Source of the DNA: Octopus vulgaris
Lineage: Eukaryota
Reading direction: 5' to 3'
Assembly (NCBI GenBank): GCA_951406725.2
Contig: OX597817.1
Span: 113,274,001 to 113,338,000, forward strand
DNA length: 64,000 bases
In this document: positions 51,806-64,000 of the stretch, piece by piece
How the letters are laid out: every line of letters begins with the position of its first letter
Numbering within the stretch: position 1 is the stretch's first letter
Position numbers and translations under genes: made by a program
Notes under the pieces: model-generated
Told to the model about the DNA's origin: nothing
What the model saw: the letters and a program-made list of their open reading frames with translations, nothing else
The model's database searches: none

Positions 51806-54800
51806 CATTACCATTCAGTGTCATACATATAGTGAATTCTACACCAGGTTATTAGTATCACAATACTTAAGCAAAATATTAAAACATGATGATTATATAA
51901 CATCTGGATATTATATAACCATCATTATTCAATATCTGCTTTCTACTCTGGCATAGAATGGATTATTCAACAGGAACCATGAAGGAGAGGATTCTGCCAA
52001 CCTCCAGCGTCTGCTTTGGCATGGTTTCTACAGCTGAATACCCTTCCTAATGCCAACCACTTTACAGAGTATACTGGGTGCATATTTATATATGATGTTA
52101 TATAGTATAGTCATCTGGTATATTAGTTCTTCTGCTAGAAGTAAGAGTGCTATTTTTTTTTTATTTTTTACAGTTTGCTAGTTCTCTGTGCCTACTTTAG
52201 AAATTACTCTGTGTGTGTGTGTGTGTGTGTGCGCGCAAAGGCAGCAGATTCATAAAGTCATTAGAGTGACAATGTATCTTGCGATATTTATTCTCAATCT
52301 CTATAGTCTTGAGTTCAAATCCTGCCAAGGTCACTTTTGCTTTTCGTCCTTTTGGGGGTCAAAAACCTAAGTGGGGTTGCTGTAATTGATTAACACCTCC
52401 CCACAAATTTCTGACCTTGTGTCTAAATTAGAAACCATCCGTATTATTACTAGGTGAAAGTAACATAATGCAGACTAAATGCATTACTGTATTTAGTTGT
52501 GTTTCTCTCCTTCTACAGGTTGCCTTTCATATCTCAGTGCTCATTAAGCTAATTAACTCTCAAATATAGTGGTATTGACTTAATCTATTATGACACTTCT
52601 TCATAAATTCAATGATGTTGCATAAATATGAGTGATCTTCATAATAATAATAATTATCCTAATAAAAATAATTCTCTCTAATTTTGGCACAAGGCCAGCA
52701 ATTTCAAGATGAGGGTATTGGTTGATTACATCAATCCCAGTATTTTATTTTATCAACTCTGAAAGGATGAAAAGTAAAGTTGACCTCAGCTGAATTTGAA
52801 CTCAGAACATTAAGTCTCAGAAAAAATGTCACTAAGCATTTTGTCCATGTGCTAATGATTCTGGCAGCTCACTGCCTTAAATAATTATAATGATGATAAT
52901 AATTTACTTATTTAGGCACAAAAGTGGCAGTTTTAGGAGAGGAAGTAGTCTAAAAACGCAGATTTAGGTATTGTCGATAAATAGTACCTTAGTGTGGTGA
53001 AATGCTCCTAATAACATAAATCTGTGATACAGATTCAATTCATAGTTAATTTAATTCATTTTAGTCCACATATCTGTAATTTGCAACCAAGGCAAGGAAG
53101 GGGATCCATCAAGCTGTCTTAACAACAACACACTACTTGAAGACATGTTGTGCTCAATCCTGATTGAGTTAACCTGTGATTAAAGGCATTCCATCCATGA
53201 CCAACCTGTTTTTTAGGATTAGCTAGAATTACTATCTGATATGTTCTTGCCTATTTTATGATGCTCAGGTATGATTTCAGGGAGATTTGGCTGCTGTTTC
53301 TATAAGGTCAAGCTATTGCATAGAAGCTCCTTCATAAGGTTGTACATGAAGGCATTGCTTTAAGTTTCAGTTCCTTAGATTACATTGATGTTATATAACT
53401 AACACTGTTTGCTGCATAGTTATATAACTGACAAAACTCAGTGCAAATGGATATTACAGAATGGTGAAGCAAATCTCTTTCAGTATTTAACTTCATCCCT
53501 CTAAATTCAAATCCCCATGGAGTTGACTTAACTTTCATCTTCTTCCACTAACAATCAGTAAAATAAATACTAGCAATATACCAAGGTCAATTGTCAGTTC
53601 AAATTATTTAAATTGTACATCTTGCATCATAGTTATCATAACTTGCATCATAACTATCGCTCTCAATACTATATCAGTGACACCTTATTCATTTCTACTG
53701 TTAGACAGTATCACTAGTATCATACCCCATTATCCCCGATGCTCTTCTGTTAAACAGACTATTATTTATCTTATTTCCTATCAGGTAATCTTTTTCACCT
53801 CTTGCAAGCATAAATAGATAAACATTGTTTGGTTGAAACAATTCACACATTTCATTCACAAAATCATCTTATTTTAACAAGGAGCAGAGGAATCTCTGCT
53901 TTTATCCAATGTGGCCTAACATTTATTCAAAGAAAAGGCCCAGAAGGAATTCATAGTTATATTATTGCTACGAATTTGAAACAAATAAATCTATAAATAC
54001 TCTTAATAATGATCATACATATAGACATGTGAGTGATTGCATGAATGGAGAGCTGGAGTAAATGCATTATGTTATATAGTTTCGTTCCTCATGCTCTGAG
54101 TTCAAATCCTGCCACAGTTGTCTTTGTCATTTAGCACCTACCATTCAGTGTGATAAAATAAGTACTAGTTATGCACTGGGGTTAATTCAATTCATTGCTT
54201 CCCTTTCTTACAATTTTGTGGCCTTGTGTCAGTGTGAGAAATCGATAATGGTTATAATGTATATTATTGGAATAATGGTATTATGCATACACATAAACAT
54301 TCATTTTTCACTTTCTATACATGTATATGCCTGCACATATACAGAAAAAAAAGGCACACATTTACACGCACATTAGTCAAAGCACATGGCTTATTTTTGT
54401 TTTTGTTTTTTTGTTTTCATAGAGCAATTAAATACTATGTACTGTAGCTGGGTGGCGTGTATACTGGAATATATATGCTATTCAGACCAATTCTTCTTGC
54501 TTTGTTTAATGTACATTGCTTTCGTCAGTACTTTATTTCCCAAGTTATTATTAATCATGATCAGTTAAAGAATTTTATAGCCATGAAAATATTGCATTAA
54601 TTTGAATTCTCCTTCTAAGAATGTAAAAAAAAATCAAGAAGAAGAAAACAAGCAACAAATTCTAGTAACTAGCCCATGTAATATGATTACCATTTCCTAG
54701 ACTTTGACTGTGATGGCATAACTTTAAAACAAATTATTTCAAGATTATTATCAGTGAGTCTTTCCATTTTCTATGTTTGCTGGAAGCTTCTGTAAAGAGC

Positions 54801-54872
54801 ATTCTGTGTTGCTTTCAAACACATCACTGGCTGGTAACTCCTGCAATCTTTAAATCTGAGGACTAGAAAATC

Positions 54873-55088
<216 letters not shown>

Positions 55089-56289
55089 GTGTATAAACTT
55101 CCAGTATTCTGATGTTTATCACCAATTAACCAATTATTGGAACTGTATCATTGGTCACAGTCCTGAAAATATGTTTTTAGTTTACAGACCACAATCCCTT
55201 TGATGAATTGCATATTGGCACAGTCAGACATTTCTTATTGATAGTGCTAATATGACAGAGGTTAACCATTAACCAAATATGATGCTGTTTTTGTTCTTGT
55301 TGTCGTTCTCACTGTTATCATCATCCTCATCATTTTCATCATTGCTGCTCTTTCCACCTCAAATTGGCTTTATTTTTTTGTTCCTGTTCTTGTTATATCA
55401 TCCAATTTTAATACTCCATATATATATATATATAATATATTGTTTATTTATATATTGTGGCAAGTGTGTAGAGAGGAGGAAGTAAGCTTCTGTCAATCCA
55501 AGCTGATGATTCATTTTTGCTTCATGGTTGGAGACCTTTCACTCCACTTCTGTATGTTACTTAACGGCTTAGGGGAAGATATGGATGTGACGCTGTCCCA
55601 TTTCCCTTAAAAATCCCCATATCTTCTTGCTTATGTAAGAAACAAATTATTATTGCATTATCACCCACTAAAGTCTTGTTAATTACATAGATATATGTTC
55701 ATTTGTTGTTTGAAATAATGAAGAAAAATACCAAAGCAAAAAGTGTTTGATTGGGAGTGGCGTTTCTCAATTAAGAAATCTCCCTTGAATGAACTTTTGT
55801 TTCTTTCTAATCTGAAAATATTTCTCTATGAAAGCCAAACCTTAGACTTTAATTGAAGGGTCATATTCCCAGAGACACAGACACTCATTTCCTAATCATG
55901 GTTAATGGTGATAAAACGACAGCAGCAGCCATAATAACGACAACAATTACTCCAACTACAACTTGCTACTAGAAAAAAACAACAACAAAATCTGAGAAAG
56001 TCTTTATATGAAAAAGTATTTAAAAATGTAAAAAATTACAAATTTTCCAAAATTTCGTTTGTGTGATAATCTTAATGATTGTTGTGCTCAGTGGATAATA
56101 CGATACTGTGGACAACAAGAAGAAATAAAACCTGTTTGTGGAAGTGTTATCTTTGTTTTTTTTTTATGTCTTTTAAACTACTGCCTGGCCAGAAAAAAAT
56201 CCCTCACACATCAGCTATACACTCAAACTTTTCCTAGAACACAAAAAGTATCCCTTCCACACAAACACACACATATAAATATATATATG

Positions 56290-56362
<73 letters not shown>

Positions 56363-56369
56363 TTCAATG

Positions 56370-56965
56370 ACATTAGTTGACCAATTCTGTTGGTTATCTG
56401 CTTACCTTGCTTATGTAAGCACCCCCCTATCATCTTGCAATGTGGTTTGTTCCCCCTGTTATTTAGCTTTTCTATCATCTTGCATTGTGTTAAAACTTCC
56501 TTCATTTTTTTTTTTAATATAGTGTCTCTATTTACATTACCCATCACATGTAATACCCTACTTCATTCATTCTTTGGTGACAACAACCCCCGCCTACAAA
56601 TGTATGGTAACTTCTCTTGTTCTAAAACATTCCTTGCAACATAATATAGGATATAAATCTATCATAACATTTTTCTCTCGGCTTTTGGCATCTTTTCTTG
56701 CTTTCTAGCATTTCATTTGCCTCAAATATGCAATCCAAGTTTAGTTTAAAACATACCTGTTGCCAATTCTATACTACAGAGTCAGCAATAGAGATGTTGC
56801 ATCCTTTCTAATACACCTTGTTGCAATATTCTACCAATCATTGCTAGAAAATTTCTCATCTCTGTTGCAATACTAGTTTCCTGTATGCGTGTGTATGTAT
56901 ACATATGTATATGTGTGTGTATATATACATATATATGTGTATCATAATTATATGTATGCATATTA

Positions 56966-57020
<55 letters not shown>

Positions 57021-57173
57021 ATATATATATATGTGTGTATGTGTGAGAGTGTGCATGTGTGTGTGTATTTATATATGTATATACATATATGTGTTTGTAT
57101 ATATATATGTATGTATATATGCATCTATGTATATATATGTATGTATATATGCATCTATGTATATATATGTATG

Positions 57174-57265
<92 letters not shown>

Positions 57266-57273
57266 TGTATATG

Positions 57274-57332
<59 letters not shown>

Positions 57333-57690
57333 ATATACATATATACATACATACATATAGACATACATATGCACACACACGTGCACACACACACACACAC
57401 ACACACACAAATCAATTTACACCATTATATGTGTTCCCCCTGCCATTTTGTTTTATTTATCTATTGTTTAATATTTCCTTTTCAATTATGAGAATAAAAT
57501 AACCTCAAGTCTCCTATTTAATGCTTTTTCCATGAACCTATTTTGAAATTTCAAATCTGTCCATGTGGTTTTGATCCTTGCTTAAAACCATTCGGTTTTT
57601 ACATTAAAAAGTGATATACCTGTGCAGCCATATACCATATATTGTCTTTAGATCTCCTCCTAATTAGTGTTAAGTGTTGATAACCATATA
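56370..57690 (-). pseudogene. Possible PLE RT/linker remnant split by microsatellite expansion
   Basis: Minus fragments SLFNVKTEW, DRFEIS/KIGSW (cf. FDVxMGSxDGAE), EKNVMIDLYP, VGY..MGNV and CKMIGGCL. Very degenerate. Confidence 0.4.
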
Positions 57691-57695
57691 TTCAT

Positions 57696-57736
<41 letters not shown>

Positions 57737-58176
57737 GATATATTCATATATGTATATACATATATATATGTGTGTGTGTGTGTGTATGTATATATAATAT
57801 AATATATGTATATGTATGTATGTGTGTGTATGTATATATATATATATATATATATATTCATACATATGAATATATACATATATATACATTGTATATGCAT
57901 ATACTTATATATATATGTTATACACAGCATATATATATATATATATACATATATATAGTATGCATATATATATATGCTATGTAAGGCAGTGCTCCAGTAT
58001 GGCCACAGTCAGGTGACTGAAACAAGTAGAATAAAACGATATATATATATATATATTTGTAGCATTTATATATATATATATATATATTTATTTATATATA
58101 TATATATATACATACATACATATATATAGATGTAAATATATACATATATTTATATATATGCATATATATATGTATG

Positions 58177-58207
<31 letters not shown>

Positions 58208-58390
58208 GCACACACACATATATATATGTATATATATATATGACATTATGTATATATGCCATATACAGATATATATACATATAGACACACACACATATAT
58301 ATGTATATATATATATATACATATACATATATACATATATATATATCATATAAATATATATATACATATAGACACACACATGTATATATG

Positions 58391-58446
<56 letters not shown>

Positions 58447-58787
58447 ATATATATAGATATATGTATATCATAAATATATATATACATATAGACACATACA
58501 CATATATATAGCATATATATAGCATATACATATATGTAGCATATACAGTTATATATATATTATATATATATATATATAGATAGATATATATATATATTTA
58601 TATATAGATATATATATAACAAATATATATGTATATATAGTATATACACATATATATGTGTGTGTATATATATATATAAATATATACAGCATATATAAAT
58701 ATATAGCGTTTATGTATATAGCGTATTTGTATATAGTGTATATGTATGTCGCATATATATATATAGCATATATATATAATGCGTATA

Positions 58788-58831
<44 letters not shown>

Positions 58832-58984
58832 CATAAATATATGTTTATATATATATGCATGCATACATAAATATGTACGTATATACACATATATGCATAT
58901 ATATGTAAATATATACACATATATACATATATATGAGTGTATGTATGTATATATATATATGTATGTATATATATATGTATGTAT

Positions 58985-59038
<54 letters not shown>

Positions 59039-59053
59039 GTATATATATATGTA

Positions 59054-59088
<35 letters not shown>

Positions 59089-59208
59089 ATATATATATGT
59101 ATGTGTGTGTGTGTGTGTGTGTTATGTGTGTGTATATATATGTATGTGTATATATATATATGTCTGTATATAAATATATATACACATATGTATATGCATG
59201 TGTATGTG

Positions 59209-59280
<72 letters not shown>
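57690..59280. repeat. ~1.6-kb compound TA/CA/TG microsatellite
   Basis: Seen directly; includes a small SINE fragment at ~57985-58035. Confidence 0.95.
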
Positions 59281-59282
<2 letters not shown>

Positions 59283-60499
59283 TCGTGCTTCCCTGGCTAA
59301 TCAGTAATCAATGTTGACAAACAATATGATAGATTTCTGTTCTGTTCTCCTAGAACTTTGCTAATAAGTATACAGAATCTGTATGGTACATATACTTACT
59401 CCAGAAACCTTAGCTAAGCACTAATCAGATAGGTCTGCCATATTTTTTTTATTTCTTTGCTCTGTAAACTTTTTTATCACTAAATTCACTTTTGTCCATT
59501 CTTCTCAAACTACAAAGACATTTTACATCCTCGTTTTTATTTTTTTTACGACTGTGAATAAAAATGATGAAAATATTTGTGTTGGATTTTTTCCACTTAT
59601 TTCATAAGCTCATCAAAAATTTCCCCTGCTCAAAATTTAAAAAATAAAAAAATAAAGTAAATAAAATAAAGTTTGTTAGAATTTTTGTTGTCTTAAGTTT
59701 TATTACTACAATTTTATATAACCAAACTGTTTTATAGAATGTATTGGAGCCTTTATTACATACAAAATATTTGTAGCAATTAATTTCCAACACTGGTAAA
59801 AGATTTTAACACTTTGCCTATCTTGGGAGTCACCAGTGACTCTCTTCACTATATTCTTATTATACCAAGGGAGTCACTGTTGACTCCCATGCTATATTAA
59901 GAATATTCTTTTATTCTTCTTGTATTCTTTTACTTGTTTCAGTCATTTGACAGTGGCCATGCTGAAGCACCACTTTTTTAGTTGAAGAAATTGCCCCTGG
60001 ACCGCAAAGTTACTGGGACTTAAATACACCAACATCAGCTATCAGGCGATGGCGGGGAACAAATACAGACACAAAGATACATACACACATAAATATATAC
60101 ATCATCATCATTTAACGTCCATTGTCCATGCTGGCATGAGTTGGACAGTTTGACTAGGGCTGCACCAGACTCCAGTCTGCTTTAGCATGGTCTCTACATC
60201 TAGACACCCTTCCAAATGCCAATCACTCCAAGAGTGTAATGGGTGCTTTTTAAGTGCCACTGGCATGGGTGCCATTTGTGTGACACCGGTATCTACCATG
60301 ACTTAAATTTTACTTGGTTTGATGGGTCTTCTCAAGCACAACATAATTCCAAAGGTCCTGGTTATTGTCTCTGTGAGGCCCAACAGTCAAAAGGAGCTTG
60401 GTCTCAGTCCTTGCCTCCATGAGGTTCAATGCTTGAAAGATGCCTTTACATGCTACTAGCACAGGTGCCATTTGCATGACACCTGTATATATATATGCA

Positions 60500-60655
60500 A
60501 TGGGCTTCCATCAGTTTCCATCAATCAAATCCACTCACAAGACTTTGGTCAGTCTGTGGCTATAGTAGAAGACACTTGCCCAAGGTTCCACACTGTGGGA
60601 CTGAACCCGGAATCATGTGGTAAGCTATTTGCCACACAGCCACATCTGTGCCTAT
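60500..60655 (-). mobile_element. tRNA-headed CORE-like SINE 5' part
   Basis: gacacttgcccaagg...gggactgaacccggaa (B-box on minus strand)...cacacagccac; related copies at ~10035-10170, 48065-48205 and 63545-63705. Confidence 0.65.
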
Positions 60656-61646
60656 GTTTCACATGCTCCCTCTCTGGAACTGAACTCTGATTATCCATCA
60701 CATAATGATGATATTTTTATATTTGTTATGGAGCCTCACATTATGTTACTGGAACATTTGAATACAAAGAAACAGGAAAGTAGAGAGATCAGAAAGGAAA
60801 AGAAAAGAAAGGAAAATGGTGGGGGGGAGCAAAGCAGTAGATGGAGGTGGAGGGGCGATGGACGATGTATCCCAGAACAAATGGTGTGCTCAGCTGAGCC
60901 CCATGGTAATGACCGCAATGGCACTGTCACAGAGAATGACCAGCAACACTAACTGCAGCAGTCACTCCACCTCACAGAGCTCATTTCTCTGACAGGCCAC
61001 TGCTATCCCTATTTTGGAGAGAAGATTGGCAGTACAGGGTCCTAGAACACCAGCAACTGATAACAGCCAGTCAGGCACTTGTATTTATTATTTTTCTCTA
61101 CTTTGCATTACAAGCAGTGACACCAGGGTTTGCAGCAGATGATACAAAGTTGGATCCAGAGGATGTGTTGCTGCACATCGCATCCCAAATTATTGTGGTT
61201 CAAAATACACTATCTAAATTTACGTGACATTATAGAATACATCAGAAGAAGAGAAATCAGGGTCAATATCAGAAAGGTGCAGCTCACAACCATGTCCATC
61301 ATTGGAGAGCTGCCCTCCATAAAATCATTTTTGCAATATGGAAAATCTGTTGAAGAAAATCATAAATAAATTTATAAAAAGTAATAGCAGAGATACCCAG
61401 CCTTGCTCGGGATTAAAATGGCACAGATTTTTATTGTTTTACTTGTTTCATTCATATGATTTTGGCCATGCTGGAGCACCACCGTTGGTCGAAGAAATCA
61501 ACCACTCACAAGGTTTTGGTTGGCCTGAGACTACAATAAGCATATATATATATGTATCTATGTATGTATGTATGTATGTATGTATGTATGTATGTATGTA
61601 TGTGTGTATGTATGTATGTATGTGTGTATGTATGTATGCATGTATA

Positions 61647-62522
61647 GTAGCTGACATACCCAGTAATTCCCTGCAAAGCAGGCTTATCTCTTGGTTCCAT
61701 TCTCATAATTGTTTCGCTAATCCAGTAACAATAATACGAAGTATGTAGCCCTTAAAACGGTTTTTGTGCATTTACAGAGAATACCGAACTGTCTTACATT
61801 GGATCTTGTTTCTAGGAATTCTCAATAAGTTATGAATACCCAAATTGTGAAGTCAGTTATGTAATAACATGAAAGTAATTACACTATAGTAAGAATTCAA
61901 ACAAAGTAGCCCCGAAAAGGGCTTTAATACGTTCCCAGAGTATATAGATTTTAGGAGGAGATACTAATAAGGTATGTATACTAAAATCGTGAAACATGTT
62001 ACATAATAACAGGCTAATCAGATATGAGATAATAACAATTCAAAGTAATTTACTGTGAAAAAAAAGCTTTTGTGTGTTCGCAGAGAATATTACCCTCAGC
62101 AGCGCGAATAAGTCACTAACCAAAATAAGTGGATCTATTGTTTAGGAGAATACTATTTACTTGTTTAAGGGTTGTATTGGATAAATTGAGAAAATAACTA
62201 AAATAGTTCAAATACTAAGTAATAAGCATACTGAAAATAAATGGGTTATTTCCCTTGGTGGTTATTTCCAGGAGGGAATGGGTTATTTCCCCTGGAAGCT
62301 TAAAACTCATTACTCTCACCATTCACTCACACCCAAATGTTATTCCTCCTGCCGTTTACCCAAACATTTTTTCAAAATCAGTTTATACTTAAAACCTCCC
62401 CAGACACATAAGCAATGTGCATGTAAAGTTTAAGAAAAATCGGTTAAGCCATTTTGGCACAAAACAAGGACATACCGATACATACACACACAGACAGACG
62501 TTTTCAGTTTTAATATGTAAGA
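61647..62522 (-). mobile_element. Non-autonomous Helitron-like element, copy 2
   Basis: Minus strand begins A|TCttacatattaaaactgaaaacgtctgtctgt and ends in a short GC-rich stretch + cagCTAC|T (CTAG-like); shares ~470 bp with 5880-6350. Confidence 0.65.
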
Positions 62523-62848
62523 TACATAAATAGAGGTATGATGGACATTTTAAAATTACTTAACATAAGATTCACACATCCTATATATCATATAGTAGTT
62601 TATTTAGTAAATTAGAACATATATATAACATATATATTGCTCTTCTTTTCTTTATTTTCTTTTACTTGTTCCAGTGTCCCATGCTGGGGCCACTGCCTAG
62701 AAGAATTTTAGAATTTTAGTTGAATGAATTGACCCCAGTACTTATCTTTTTTAAACCTTGTACTTATTATATTGGTCTCTTTTGCTGAACTGCTAAGTTA
62801 CATGGTTAAACTATTTTAAAAATGCATAATTTATAAAATTAAACCACG

Positions 62849-62908
62849 GGTGCAAAAGATGATATGGTGCAAAAGATGATATGGTGCAAAAGATGATATG
62901 GTGCAAAA
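62849..62908. repeat. 17-bp tandem repeat (ggtgcaaaagatgatat) x3.5
   Basis: Seen directly. Confidence 0.9.
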
Positions 62909-64000
62909 TGGGCTTGGCAGGCAAAGTGTTAAATTTAGATGAGATGTGAAATGGAATCATGTTATACCTGTACCTCTCACAGGAATATTAGCAAATCTAA
63001 GTGAAATGAAATACCTAAGTAAAAACTATTTTGCTACATGCTTATAATTTTTTTTTCTGTAAATGGTGTTATTCACATAAGCTTTGAGAAGAAAGTGGTA
63101 AAATAAAGTAGAATTTCTTTGTTGTTATATAATCAATGAATGAGGAGTCAATATGCAAGACTACTAAATGCATGGTCATAGTTCAGATATCATTATACCT
63201 CATTGGAAAAAATAACAGGATCCACTCCTACTTCGTGATTGAGTGTTTGACAGTAAAAAAAAGCAGCCAACAATTAATCCAGTTGCTCCAACAAGGATAC
63301 CATCACACCTCATCATCATTGTTTTGGCGACCACTTTTCTATGCTTGCAAGGATCAGATGAAGTTTACTGAGGCAGATTTTCTACTGCTGGAAGCCTTTC
63401 CTGTCACCAATTCCCACTTGTTTCCAAGCAAGGTAATATTTCTTCGTAGACAAACATGTTCTTGCAGAATACTTGAAATGAATGACACTTTTTGTATGAC
63501 AGTGACTTCAAGACAAGGAGATACAAACACACACATACACACACAACAGGCTTCTTTCAGTTTTTGTCAACCAAATCCTCTCAATAGGTTTTGGTTGGCC
63601 TAGAGTTATTGTAGAAGATACTTGCCCAAGGCACCACACAGTGGAACTGAATCCAGAACCATTTGGCTGGGAAGTAAACTTCTTACTGCACAGCCATACC
63701 AGTACCTATGCATGTAAAAAAGAATTAACGTAAAAACTATGAAAGAATTTTATGTGATACATGCATTGAAATTTGTCTTGATAAGCTAAAAAGCTAACTA
63801 GACACCACATGTGACACAAAAGGACTGTAAAAAACAACATAATAGCTATAAATTACCGACTAGGTAAAGCTAGTTTCAGTAACTTGCTTGTAGATCCTTC
63901 AGTCAGAAAGCACACCACACTAGATCAACTGTTGTACTGTCATGTTGTACCATCATGTAGGATGAACAAAAACAGTCATTTTTTTTTTTGTTCACCCTAC

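Noticed and set aside
60850-61030. DGRCIPEQMV...G.DR.G resembling the RTE-BovB C-terminus
   Set aside because: Too short and degenerate to annotate confidently.

Overview
AT-rich, microsatellite-laden eukaryotic (animal) genomic DNA. The repeat landscape strongly resembles Octopus/coleoid cephalopod DNA, which is an inference and not a database result. Almost all ORFs in the supplied track are microsatellite noise. The only host gene is the 3' part of a plus-strand RZ-subfamily regulator of G-protein signalling (RGS17/19/20-like). I reconstruct five exons with consistent phases: 3283-3330, 14538-14612, 20714-20775, 22640-22806 and 25827-26000. The start codon and cysteine string must lie upstream of the window. 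The rest is decayed mobile DNA: several Penelope-like element (PLE) RT/GIY-YIG remnants, CR1 and RTE LINE fragments, two Tc1/mariner relics, hAT, piggyBac and pogo MITEs, Helitron-like elements and many SINEs, including a ~13-copy head-to-tail SINE array. The most striking signal is five unrelated fold-back (palindromic) elements, each carrying type I hammerhead-ribozyme (HHR) motifs that face outward from the symmetry axis. Further solo HHR motifs occur, two of all motifs show the U3:A8 covariant core, and two fold-backs sit in RGS introns. The last RGS exon also has two Arg-to-Gln (CAA) codons that A-to-I editing could restore, and a Ser-to-Pro change in the DSYPRF motif.
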